A stretch of DNA of 28,613 bases from an uncultured archaeon. Lineage in GTDB: Archaea; Asgardarchaeota; Jordiarchaeia; Jordiarchaeales; Jordiarchaeaceae. A program made the position numbers and the translations under genes. The stretch is taken from assembly GCA_964510585.1 (NCBI GenBank), contig CAZECW010000079.1:1-28613 (forward strand). Direction: 5' to 3'. Of the stretch, positions 1 through 9,348 are shown piece after piece (the stretch's first letter is position 1; every line of letters starts with the position of its first letter). Below the pieces are notes generated by a model, which ran no database searches, was not told the DNA's origin, and saw nothing but the letters and a program-made list of their open reading frames with translations.

Positions 1-85
1 CTGCGTCTTGTTTAGCCCCTTAAGCCCAAGCCAAACCCTTCAGCTACCAACAACTATTTATATACCCTACTTTCAAATAAGCTTT

Positions 86-130
86 TTGGCGATTCATCCC
101 CACAACTAAAGTCGGGGGCTTTCTCGCCAA
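86..130. mobile_element. Imperfect hairpin resembling an IS200/IS605-family (TnpA/TnpB) element end or derived MITE
   Basis: TTGGCGA(86-92) pairs with TCGCCAA(124-130) around an inner CCCCACAACT-AA-AGTCGGGGG stem. The ATTCATCCCC...GGGGGCTTTCT pattern resembles IS200/IS605 subterminal hairpins. No transposase is in the window; it could lie upstream of base 1. Confidence 0.45.
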
Positions 131-326
131 GGTTCTGTAAAAAGGTTCTTGTGTCGGGGTAAAAATATATAAAAAATTTTCAAAAAATTAAGAAAAAATT
201 ATAAAAACAAAAATCTAATTCACTCGCATCAATTTAAGGAGTGTGGTGGCAAAAACGTATACTTCCCGTTTACGGTAAAAAAGGATAATAATCATATAAA
301 GCGATGATTAGATTGGAGGGCGTTGT

Positions 327-729
327 TTGGCTCAGCAGGGTTTTGATAGGATGATTGAACTCGTGGAGCTGAATACTGGTAATTGGAAGCCGGAAGCGGT
401 GGCTATAGTGGATGTAAACTAAAGTCTAGCGGAAGAAGGGAGATGTTCCAAAGAAGTTTATCGAATACTACAGGAAGTTTCCCCTATCAGAGATGAACAC
501 GGGTGACAGCGTCCACAGCGGCAACACTTTTCTCATGAAAGTTACAGACAAAACGGGAATCATAGTCGTTATGAGAGATTTACACATCGCTCGGCTCGCC
601 GCAATAAACCTGCGTGGGAGAATCAATGCCCTGTCAGATTTCTACTCTCTGGAAAAGTTCATAATGGAGAAAGAGAAAAGTTATGGTAGAATTCAAAGGA
701 TGAGTAATACTGAAAAGGATATGTGGTAA
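327..729 (+). pseudogene. Disrupted small alpha/beta protein, roadblock/profilin-like pattern
   Basis: GGAGG at 315-319 precedes TTG at 327. The frame reads MAQQGFDRMIELVELNTGNWKPEAVAIVDVN*SLAEEGRCSKEVYRILQEVSPIR, with an in-frame TAA at 420-422. A frameshift near 490-493 then joins the 493..729 ORF (MNTGDSVHSGNTFLMKVTDKTGIIVVMRDLHIARLAAINLRGRINALSDFY). The fold is inferred from the secondary-structure pattern only. Confidence 0.5.
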
Positions 730-1535
730 TCTTATCACTGTACGCGTCCCTCTTGCTAACAATTTCCGCTATCTCTGCGGTCCCTGCGGTTTACCTCGCC
801 AATCACTACCGAAAAAAGAAGCAGAAAATCACCCTGCTGTTAATCGCTTTTTTCGCTCTCTCTTCACTATTCTACTTCGGCTACTACCTGGATATCATAA
901 CGGTTATGCCCATTGAGAATGTTATGGTTATACCCTTCTTCGCTTTAACCGTCTTCGGAATTTTACTCTTGATTGCCATAGTGATGCTGGGAATAAGGGA
1001 AATCTACCTACTCCCGCCATTCATTGTATCGATTGCACTGATCCACATATACATTGCGAACTCCGCTCGAGAAATGATAATTGGAATCCTCCAGTACGTC
1101 TCATACGTAGTTACAGGCAGCTTGGTAGGGGAACCTTGGATAATAGCCCTGAAGGCCTTAAGCCCGGTCTTCGTGTCACTTACAAACTCCGAACCCTACC
1201 TAGGCATGCTGGCTAAAATTTTAGACCCACTATCAGCAATAATTCCACAGGTTTATTTACCCATTTTAGCTTTCTACATGATTGCAATCTCAACTCCTGC
1301 AATTATTGTCTTCCTATTCCTCGCTTGGAAGAATAGGAGTGGTAGGTCTCTGGGATTCGCACTGGGCATCATAGCAGTCAACATAAGCAGCCTACTGGGC
1401 ACCGACCAAATGACGCACGCCATAATAATGGTCGCGGCGACAGTGCTCTTCGCCTTAGGAATCTTCGGAGTACTAGACAAACTGATTCCGAAAAAAGAAA
1501 AAAACAAAGAAACCAACGTGAAAGCAGAAACATAA
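723..1535 (+). CDS. Polytopic membrane protein (about 7-8 TM helices), function unknown
   Basis: 270 aa with repeated long hydrophobic segments, a basic loop after TM1 (YRKKKQK) and a Lys-rich C-terminal tail. The GTG start overlaps the end of the upstream ORF. Confidence 0.75.
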   Translation: MVILSLYASLLLTISAISAVPAVYLANHYRKKKQKITLLLIAFFALSSLFYFGYYLDIITVMPIENVMVIPFFALTVFGILLLIAIVMLGIREIYLLPPFIVSIALIHIYIANSAREMIIGILQYVSYVVTGSLVGEPWIIALKALSPVFVSLTNSEPYLGMLAKILDPLSAIIPQVYLPILAFYMIAISTPAIIVFLFLAWKNRSGRSLGFALGIIAVNISSLLGTDQMTHAIIMVAATVLFALGIFGVLDKLIPKKEKNKETNVKAET

Positions 1536-2019
1536 AACAACAAAATCACACCCTTTTCTTTATTATAAAAGCTAAGCCCTAGTGAAAATATGTGCCAGAA
1601 AAAGAGAGTACGCCTAAACATGGAAGGTTTATTTCCCACTAAAAATATAATTGGAGCCATTCTGTGTCGGGTTGCTTATTGATGTGGCGCACCCATCGAT
1701 GTTCAAATATGAGCTTCCAAGAATCCCTCGACTCTTGGTTCAATGTCATTAAGTTATGGTGGTAGGGTTGTTTGGTTTTGGTTGATTCCACAGTAGTCCG
1801 GTGTGAATCGCGACTCATATAGGCTGTAAACCATATTGCTTCACCCCCCGACTTTTGGGTGTGGATACCATAAGTTTATAAATTTTAAGTTTTTACTTAA
1901 TACTGCTGAGTGTTGATACTAGGATGTTTGAGCGCAGGAAGAAGCGGGGCCTATTTTTGAGCTTTACTGGCTGCCAACAAGTGTAACTTTAGTTTCCAAA
2001 TTTAGGGAGCGGGTTTAAA

Positions 2020-2286
2020 ATGCTTAAAATAAAGATTGAGAGGGTAAGGATACTGAATCGTAAGATTGAGCGTTTGAAGATGTTGGAAAATGAAAAGAGG
2101 CTTAAAAACCTGAAGTGTCCCAACTGTACGAGTCAGAATATTGGTGTTTACTACAGGGAGGTGGATGGCTTTGTTCACTACGTTCCCTACTGTACTGAAT
2201 GCCACCATTCCTTTGATGATCACGTCCTCTTACTTGAGAGAGACCAAGAAAGTGTAGGAGGATCGCCGAGGAGGCTGAGGTTTTGA
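2020..2286 (+). CDS. Small Zn-ribbon protein with a basic helical N-terminus
   Basis: CPNC...CTEC knuckle pair, preceded by a Lys/Arg/Glu-rich helix. Confidence 0.6.
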   Translation: MLKIKIERVRILNRKIERLKMLENEKRLKNLKCPNCTSQNIGVYYREVDGFVHYVPYCTECHHSFDDHVLLLERDQESVGGSPRRLRF

Positions 2287-2533
2287 ACGGATAATTCTCC
2301 TCACACCAATGCACAAAGATTCTAAAAATGTGGGCTGCTCCTAGTTTGCATAGGCTTTCCTTTCTATTCTTCCTTTTTTGGTTGTGAGGGTTTATTTTCT
2401 TGGGGTAGGTATTTTTGAGCGTTGGGGCTGGAGGTTGTGTTGCTCTAAAATGGTTGCTGGAGTCTGATAGTTTAATTGAAATAATTTTCGGAAAAAATTA
2501 ATATACTATGTTTCTGATACTTTCACTTAACAG

Positions 2534-3424
2534 ATGAGGAAGGAACCAGAAGTGTACGAGAAGTTTCTGGGGGAATTCGAGGTCAATGTGAATGTGGATT
2601 GGGGCAAACCACTGAGCTTTTGGGATGGGGAAGGATACGTTGAGAAGCAGGCTCTAAATTTTCCAGAGGGCTTCTTGGCTCGCCTGATAATTTCTGAGTC
2701 TAGAGTATTTCTAATCACCGAGTTTACTCCCGATTTTGCCATGGGAATACTCACACCGACAGTACCGGGCGTGGAGAAAAAGCAGCGTTCCTTATATATG
2801 GAGTTGGCAATAGATAAATTGGAGAAGGTTTCCTTCGGATTAACTAAAAATGAAATTCTTTTCAAGGCTCATGGTCAACTGGGCAGAACAGTAATAGAAT
2901 TCAAGAATTTGCCTGAAAAGTCGAAAAAGGAAATTACCGAGAGCTTAGAAAAAGCCAGAGCCCTAAAGAGGCCTGCACCAGACGCGGGGATACTTTCCTC
3001 CGGTAGGCCCGTAAAGGAAATCTATGAGGAAAGATTACGCATAATTGAGTCTCAAAGAATGAATGTGTCAGAGTCGTCGTCGAGACCTGAATCCCAGGAA
3101 ATTTCTCCAATTTCAAAAATTGTTAAATCGATACAGAAAATAAAAATTATTCCACCCAAAAAGTTGAGCCCTTCCGAAACCGGCGAAACTGGTTCCTCAC
3201 CGTCTCAGCCGTCTCCTCAGGAAAGCGAAAAGAAGGAGTCCATAATAATAGGTGAAGAAATAGACTCATTGTACTCCAAGGGTGACGAAGAACCCGGTGA
3301 GACGGAGAGACGCGAGATAATTTGGAAATCCCTAATTCCTAAGGATACTATTTGTCCCTACTGTGCAAGACGTGTACTCTCAATAGATAGTAAGTGCCCA
3401 CACTGTGGAGCAGTTAACCTCTAA
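2534..3424 (+). CDS. Hypothetical protein: possible PH-like N-terminal domain, Ser/Pro/Glu linker, C-terminal Zn ribbon
   Basis: C-terminal CPYC-x10-CPHC. Low-complexity linker (SPSETGETGSSPSQPSPQES). The N-terminus has the pattern RLIISESRVFLI...LAIDKLEKVSF...ILFKA...IEF followed by a terminal helix, which is PH-like (inference). Confidence 0.7.
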   Translation: MRKEPEVYEKFLGEFEVNVNVDWGKPLSFWDGEGYVEKQALNFPEGFLARLIISESRVFLITEFTPDFAMGILTPTVPGVEKKQRSLYMELAIDKLEKVSFGLTKNEILFKAHGQLGRTVIEFKNLPEKSKKEITESLEKARALKRPAPDAGILSSGRPVKEIYEERLRIIESQRMNVSESSSRPESQEISPISKIVKSIQKIKIIPPKKLSPSETGETGSSPSQPSPQESEKKESIIIGEEIDSLYSKGDEEPGETERREIIWKSLIPKDTICPYCARRVLSIDSKCPHCGAVNL

Positions 3425-3717
3425 AACAATCCCTCAAAGGGTAGCTAAATTTTTTCTAATTCCCGCTTACCAAAATTTAGTCGAAGTCTGCGTATCCAAA
3501 TGCTCTTCTTAGGACAGAATCCAATTATTATGAAGTATGCTTTTTTGCAAGCGGGGTTCATTGGCAGGTTTATTATTGGCCTCAAATTTTGTTGAATCTT
3601 GTGACACTGAAAAATTTTTTAAATAATTTGGACTCTTAAATTTTATGCAATTTTTTTGGCTACTCCTTGCACTCAGCGGATTGTTGGGAGTTTATGTTAG
3701 GTTTTGGAGGTTTGGTT

Positions 3718-5979
3718 TTGTCCAAAGAATTATTTGTGGAAAATGGGTCTGTTAGGGTGAATGTTTCGGAGAAAAAGGGTTTAGTTCACGTAGTCTTCCT
3801 AACAAGAGGTCCTGGAAAAGATTGGATTAGGGTGCTGGAGAGTCCTAGCTCTAGCGGGATTTCTGAGCTTGGCTTCTTCTCTTACAGGAATGGGGGAAAA
3901 GTCTTTCACTTGAAGTATTCAGATTTGCAGAAGAGGGACGATAAGACTATTGTCTTGTATGGAGAGGACGAGAACCTCAGGGTTGAGACTACCATCAGTA
4001 CCCTCGGTGGTAATTATTGTTATGTTGAGAATGAGGTGCTGTTTAAGGAGCTAAGTGAGTTTGAATATATTTATTCTAGCCTCTTTGCAGTGTTTAATCC
4101 AGACGGCGAGTATGATTGTAAGTGGGTCCCCCATCTTAGACTTAGGGAGGAAAACGTTATTGCAGACTACATTTTTCGTTCCCCACTAGTCTATTTACAG
4201 AAGGGAACTGTTTCTGTGGGCCTTATTCCAAACGTTGAACTTCTTGAAGGCCATGGAGGCTTAAGAAACTGCATTAATTATGAGCAGAAACTAAAGAGTA
4301 ATAACTGGACTTGGATAGCTTACGGCTTCCAAAACTATAAGCCACAAGACCATGTGAGGTTCCAAGGTATTAAAACCAAATTGGAAGATGCAAAGAACCG
4401 CAGAGCAAAATTCGGCTACTACCTATATCTCCAAGGAAACTCAGATATAATAAATGGATTAAGGGAGCCGGTGAGCTTCATCTGGAAAAGATTTGCAGCC
4501 AAGTACTTGACTAGCCCCCTACCTCAGGTTGTGCCCTTCGACAAATACGCTAAATATGGCGCAGACTATTTCCTCAGAAAAGAAGAGATGTGGAGGGAAT
4601 TTGAGCTAAACGGTGTCCGTTGTGGGGGAAGCTACAGGCAAGAGTGGAAGAACAATCTGGCAAAATATTTGGAAGTGGACAATGAGCGTTTCGCCAAAAT
4701 AGATGAGCTCAACAAGAGTATAGATGAAGGCTTCAAGATGAATAAGATCCTCCCCGACTTTGGGGCGGAGCTGCTGGACACCCTAGATAGAAACTCTGAA
4801 GATCTTCTCCACGACGAGTTGAGGTGCGAGATATGGAATCAGACCTGGTTCTGCAATTTTAGAAGCGCCTACGGCCTATACTATTTCGGGAAAAAGTGGG
4901 GAGACAAAAAATTGGTGGAACGAGCAACACTCATGAAGAACCTAGCGTTAAACATGCCCGAGAATCAAGGGTTTTTCTCTGTGATCTGTTTCCCCTCAAA
5001 AGACGGGATAAACTGGGTAAATGGTTCCAAAGGCTTCCACTACTCAGACGCCTACAGTATACCTGATATGTGCTGGACTGCCTACTGGATGCTGAAATGG
5101 TACAGCAACCTGGAGAAGGATGAGAGGCTGCTTGAAAAGGCTAAACGGTTGGGAGAAACGCTGAAAAAGCAACAGTTGCCCTCAGGAGCTATCCCCACAT
5201 GGATAAGAGTTAAGGACGGAAAATTTGTTCCCGACGAGGACTTGAAGGAATCGACGGGTACCAGCGCAGCAGTTTACTTCCTAGCCGAGCTATACAAATT
5301 TACGGGAGACAAATCAATTATAAACGTTATCAGGAAGGGCATGGACTTCATAATAGAAAAAGTGATTCCGCGAAACATGTGGCTGGACTACGAAACCTTC
5401 TTCTCCTGCACAATATTGCCACTGGACACATATGACCGTTTCACAGAGCAGTATCCCAACAATAATATGTGCATTTTCTGGACCGCTGAAGCTCTCAAGG
5501 AAACCTACAAAATCACGAAAGAAAAGAAATACTTGGAATACGGGAAACGTGTACTAGACCTCCTCCTACTCTACCAACAGGTTTGGAACCCACCATACAT
5601 ATCCTTCTACGCATTCGGTGGCTTCGGCTGCCAGAACACAGACGGAGAATGGTCAGACAGCCGCCAGGCACTCTTCGCACTCACCCTCCTTGACTACTAC
5701 AAAATAACAGGGGAAGAGGAATACAGGGAAAGAGGAGTATACGCTCTAAGAGCCTCTTTCACATTGATGGTCATACCCGAAAATGAAAAGGTTGCAGCAG
5801 CAAACATTAAGAGACTCGGTCCCACAGATTATGGTGCAACACACGAAAACTATGGACACACGGGTTACGACCGAAGAACACACGGCTTCGTGTTTTTCGA
5901 CTGGGGAACAGGCAGCGCCCTAGCATCACTTGCCTATATCCAGCAGGTATTCGGGGAGTTGGTGCCCGACCTAAAATAA
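3718..5979 (+). CDS. Large hypothetical enzyme with a C-terminal (alpha/alpha)6 six-hairpin glycosidase-like domain
   Basis: The ORF track starts at 3667, but GGAGG at 3706-3710 favours TTG at 3718. Repeated helical-hairpin signatures (LYYFGKKWGDKKLVERA, LAELYKFTGDKSII, LKETYKITKEKKYLEYG, LLDYYKITGEEEYRERG) are typical of alpha/alpha toroid glycosidase-like folds. No signal peptide. Confidence 0.65.
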   Translation: MSKELFVENGSVRVNVSEKKGLVHVVFLTRGPGKDWIRVLESPSSSGISELGFFSYRNGGKVFHLKYSDLQKRDDKTIVLYGEDENLRVETTISTLGGNYCYVENEVLFKELSEFEYIYSSLFAVFNPDGEYDCKWVPHLRLREENVIADYIFRSPLVYLQKGTVSVGLIPNVELLEGHGGLRNCINYEQKLKSNNWTWIAYGFQNYKPQDHVRFQGIKTKLEDAKNRRAKFGYYLYLQGNSDIINGLREPVSFIWKRFAAKYLTSPLPQVVPFDKYAKYGADYFLRKEEMWREFELNGVRCGGSYRQEWKNNLAKYLEVDNERFAKIDELNKSIDEGFKMNKILPDFGAELLDTLDRNSEDLLHDELRCEIWNQTWFCNFRSAYGLYYFGKKWGDKKLVERATLMKNLALNMPENQGFFSVICFPSKDGINWVNGSKGFHYSDAYSIPDMCWTAYWMLKWYSNLEKDERLLEKAKRLGETLKKQQLPSGAIPTWIRVKDGKFVPDEDLKESTGTSAAVYFLAELYKFTGDKSIINVIRKGMDFIIEKVIPRNMWLDYETFFSCTILPLDTYDRFTEQYPNNNMCIFWTAEALKETYKITKEKKYLEYGKRVLDLLLLYQQVWNPPYISFYAFGGFGCQNTDGEWSDSRQALFALTLLDYYKITGEEEYRERGVYALRASFTLMVIPENEKVAAANIKRLGPTDYGATHENYGHTGYDRRTHGFVFFDWGTGSALASLAYIQQVFGELVPDLK

Positions 5980-5981
5980 GT

Positions 5982-6851
5982 TCACTTTATTCCGAAGAGT
6001 TTCGCCGCGTTTTCATAAAGTACTTTTCTTTTTATTTCTTCAGATAGAGGTAGTTTCAAGAATTCCTGTATGTTCTCGTGTATGCTTTGCACACCGGGAC
6101 CCGGCCAGTCGCTGCCGAATATGGCTTTGTCCGCTATCATTTCAAACCTTGGAAAATAGTCTAGTAGGCGGTGGGGAGGTATACTCGAAATATCAAATAG
6201 CATTTGTCTATGCCTCCTGAGGAGGTAGAAGGCGGTTTCCATCCATATCGGCCTACCGCCGTGGCTTAGGATTATTTTCATCTTTGGGAAATCTAGGGGC
6301 AGCTCGTCCATAAATATGGGGTCTCCGAATTTATTTCTCGCCCTGGGAAACATGCTGGTGCCTGTGTGTATCTGCATTGGTAATTCGTGGTCGCTTGCAA
6401 ACTGGTATATTTGCTCCAAGCTCTTCATGTCTCCCTCCTCAGGCCTATAAGCGTTAGGTTTAACAAGCTGGTGCACTGGGTGAAGTTTTAAACCCCTTAT
6501 CTCATACTTACTGTAAATTTCCTCCAACCTTGGTAGTGGATTTTTGTTCAGGCGGGGGTTCACTGACCCAAATTGGATTAGGCGGTCACGGTGCTCCCTC
6601 ACGTACTGGGCAACCTCATCCACCTGTTCGTCTCCGAATCCCATAACGTCGGGTGCAGGATAAGACATGATAACAAGAGCCTTCACTGAGTGTTCATCCA
6701 TATATTTTATGAGATTCTCGGGATTCTGGGAAATGAATCTATAGAATTCGGGGTCAACCCTCATAAGGCTTGCCACCGCTTTGAGCAAATCCTCACCATA
6801 AAATTTAACAGGAACTATGTGTGTATGGGCATCTATAAACTCCAAAAGCAT
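5982..6851 (-). CDS. Amidohydrolase family protein (amidohydrolase_2 / TIM-barrel metallohydrolase)
   Basis: IDAHTH, GLKLHP, IHTG, SHGG and FGSDWP motifs in the expected order. Confidence 0.9.
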   Translation of the reverse strand: MLLEFIDAHTHIVPVKFYGEDLLKAVASLMRVDPEFYRFISQNPENLIKYMDEHSVKALVIMSYPAPDVMGFGDEQVDEVAQYVREHRDRLIQFGSVNPRLNKNPLPRLEEIYSKYEIRGLKLHPVHQLVKPNAYRPEEGDMKSLEQIYQFASDHELPMQIHTGTSMFPRARNKFGDPIFMDELPLDFPKMKIILSHGGRPIWMETAFYLLRRHRQMLFDISSIPPHRLLDYFPRFEMIADKAIFGSDWPGPGVQSIHENIQEFLKLPLSEEIKRKVLYENAAKLFGIK

Positions 6852-6999
6852 ACCCTCTACTACCGTTCTTATAGCGAAACAGAATAATTTAAACAGAATA
6901 TAAGTCTAGCGCTGAAATTTAGCCTTACGACTACCCCTTTTAGGTAAGGATCCCTCCCTCCGCAGTCAGAAATTATTCAGAAAACTTACAACTATAAAT

Positions 7000-8247
7000 T
7001 TATTTTGGGGGCAAGTGTAGTAGATATTCGCAGTATTCGTTTCCCTCTGCAACACACTTGGTTTCCTCGCATTTGCAGTTTGAAAGGGTGAAGGTTTCTG
7101 CCACTCCCTCTACTACGCCTTCTATGAGGGCTCCCATCTTTTTCCCAATACCTTTCAGGGGGGTGCATATGGGCGAATTGTAAGTTCTAAGTAGCAGGGT
7201 TCCCTTTTCTTTATTGTAGTCTTGAACAACTATCTCCACAAATCCTACTAGTGCAAAGATACGGGTGTTTAGGAGAATCGCCTCTTCCAAACTGGAAATT
7301 TTTAGTTTGCTTTGAATATTCTTTGAGATTGAATATGCTAACTCTTTGCCTAATTGGTGGAGTATGTTGGAGCCTGCCTCGTAACTGTTTTTGTCAATTA
7401 GTATTTTGGAAATTAGTTTGAATGTTTCTGCGGGGATAATTGTCATCGGGGTTCCCAGAAGGTCTATGACGCCTTCCTGTCTCATTTTTAGATTCTGTTT
7501 CAAACTCTCAAATTCCCTCATTATTTCGGTTCTCAAACTTATTCCGCTTGGAGCAACCTCGTATGGCACCATATCATTTAAATAATTTATAAGGGGGGAT
7601 TTGGACACTCTCAAATATTTTTGGAAAATGTTTTCTTGCTCCACGACTCTAAGGTCAATCACATAATCGAATGCGTGTTCCAGCTTGCTCAGTGTTTTTT
7701 CATCCATCATTCTCTTATTAAAAACGAAAATCAGCAGCCCATACTGGCTCAGCATTATTCTGGTTTTATAGATGAGGTTTATTATTTTATCGAGCTGCTG
7801 CCCCTTGGCCAAAAATATGTTGCTTAGAAATAATGCGCCGCTGCACATATTTTTTGAATCCTCAATGAGGGAAGTCATATTGTAAATGTAGGAGTCAAGA
7901 TACACAATGTCTCTAGGATTCTCCAAAACATACTTCTCCTCTGTTGGCAAACTGCCATAAAGATTTGTGAATCCATCCACAACATAAAGCCTTCCCTCCC
8001 TCTCGAAACTCTCCAGATTCCATCCAAAGTACTTAGACCAATCCCTAATCCTCACAGGCGGAAAGTCCAAATCAAATATGAATCCCCTATCCCCATCATT
8101 AATCCTATTATTAATGATCTGTAGGGGGAGAAGTTCACCCATCGATCCAGTCTCTGTCAGCAGTAGAACAGGGGCGTCCCTTATGAATCCGCCGCCCAGA
8201 AGAAGATCCAAGTCGTACATGCCGGAACCAACGAGATTCATAAACAA
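7000..8247 (-). CDS. KaiC/RAD55-like (RecA-superfamily) domain with a degenerate Walker A, fused to a C-terminal V4R domain
   Basis: N-terminal SGMYDLDLLLGGGF, GWNLESFEREGRLYVVD and DYVIDL...YLRVSK are KaiC-like. V4R signature: GKELA...NSPIC...GVVEG...CEETKCVAEGNEYCEY. The start may be ATG 8241 (AGGTG RBS upstream). Confidence 0.8.
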   Translation of the reverse strand: MFMNLVGSGMYDLDLLLGGGFIRDAPVLLLTETGSMGELLPLQIINNRINDGDRGFIFDLDFPPVRIRDWSKYFGWNLESFEREGRLYVVDGFTNLYGSLPTEEKYVLENPRDIVYLDSYIYNMTSLIEDSKNMCSGALFLSNIFLAKGQQLDKIINLIYKTRIMLSQYGLLIFVFNKRMMDEKTLSKLEHAFDYVIDLRVVEQENIFQKYLRVSKSPLINYLNDMVPYEVAPSGISLRTEIMREFESLKQNLKMRQEGVIDLLGTPMTIIPAETFKLISKILIDKNSYEAGSNILHQLGKELAYSISKNIQSKLKISSLEEAILLNTRIFALVGFVEIVVQDYNKEKGTLLLRTYNSPICTPLKGIGKKMGALIEGVVEGVAETFTLSNCKCEETKCVAEGNEYCEYLLHLPPK

Positions 8248-8491
8248 ACACCTTCAGGAAAATGGAAAATGCTTCCTCACAAACAAGCAACTAACAGAAA
8301 CTGTCGCTGATAATATAGTTATATGAAAGATTTAAAAAATATATCCTCCAAAACTTATTTAAAATTTCCAGTTGGAGAGCCAGATGTAAGTTAAAGGAAA
8401 AATAAAGAATACATTTAAAATTATTTTCAGGAAAGATTATAGTTTGAAAATAAATGTTTTTTGATTCATAAGAATTTCTGGTGAAAAATGG

Positions 8492-8797
8492 TTGGCAGAA
8501 AAGTTTTTTGACTCCGTCTCAAAAGGTATGGTGGGAAGCAGGGTTACTTTGCTTGGTTTGGTTGTTAACTGCAAGTCCGGTCCCTGCCTAAAGTTGAAAA
8601 ACGATATCGTATATATTCCAGAACTTGAAAAATATGATTCTGAAAAAATTATGGGAAAAACTGTATTCGTCACAGGGATCCTTCTTGAGAAAAAAATAAT
8701 CCCAGACCCACAAACTGATGAGCGCGGAGCAATAAGCACCGGCGCATACGGCAACCAGCTAGTTTTAGAAAACATATCCAAAGTAAAAATTGTATAG
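8492..8797 (+). CDS. Small hypothetical protein, possibly OB-fold-like
   Basis: GGTGA RBS at 8480-8484 and TTG start. Beta-rich pattern (RVTLLGLVVN...GKTVFVTGIL). Confidence 0.6.
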   Translation: MAEKFFDSVSKGMVGSRVTLLGLVVNCKSGPCLKLKNDIVYIPELEKYDSEKIMGKTVFVTGILLEKKIIPDPQTDERGAISTGAYGNQLVLENISKVKIV

Positions 8798-8913
8798 ATT
8801 CTTTTTTTAAAAAAAGAAAACAGCAAACCGCATCCAAATCCGCTTAACATCAACCAGAGAGAAACAATCCTTTTCCCACATTATCCAAAAAGGTAATAGA
8901 CGCCATAAAAATA

Positions 8914-9219
8914 CTACAATTCTTCGTAGTGTTCCTTAACGTATTGGGCCACGTAGCTAGATCTTGTAGATGAATTATTGGGCAAATTGTTTTTTCTGCA
9001 GTACTCATTCAACTCGTCTATGTCAACAATCACTTCCACAACTTTTAATCCCAAAAATCTTAATGTATTAATCCATTTATCAGCATTTTTGCGCCACTCT
9101 TCCCATGTTGATTCCAAATTTTCTGAATCATCTGCTGTAGCTAAAAATTGTTCCCACTGATCCCGACGATAACACGCCACACCAATTTTAAACTCTCTAT
9201 TCCTCCTACGCCTACGCAT
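8914..9219 (-). CDS. Small hypothetical protein
   Basis: 101 aa, protein-like composition (IGVACYRRDQWEQF...TWEEWRKNA...VIVDIDELNEYC...SSTRSSYVA), with GATGGGAGA upstream of the ATG. I recall similar uncharacterised prokaryotic proteins but cannot name a family. Confidence 0.7.
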   Translation of the reverse strand: MRRRRRNREFKIGVACYRRDQWEQFLATADDSENLESTWEEWRKNADKWINTLRFLGLKVVEVIVDIDELNEYCRKNNLPNNSSTRSSYVAQYVKEHYEEL

Positions 9220-9348
9220 AAATCTCCCATCAAACAGTAATATTTTAACAAGTAAATATTTGGATTTTGCATCAATTGCGAACCCTACTTTTTGGAGGGT
9301 AGTAAGAGTCTTTTTATTGATTTAATTTGTTACTTATTGGTCATATTT

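Noticed and set aside
1841-1870. Inverted partial match (AAAGTCGGGGG) to the hairpin at 86-130, suggesting a composite element
   Set aside because: The match is short, IS200/IS605 ends are not inverted repeats, and the GGGGGTGA here is explained equally well as an RBS before a short minus-strand ORF.
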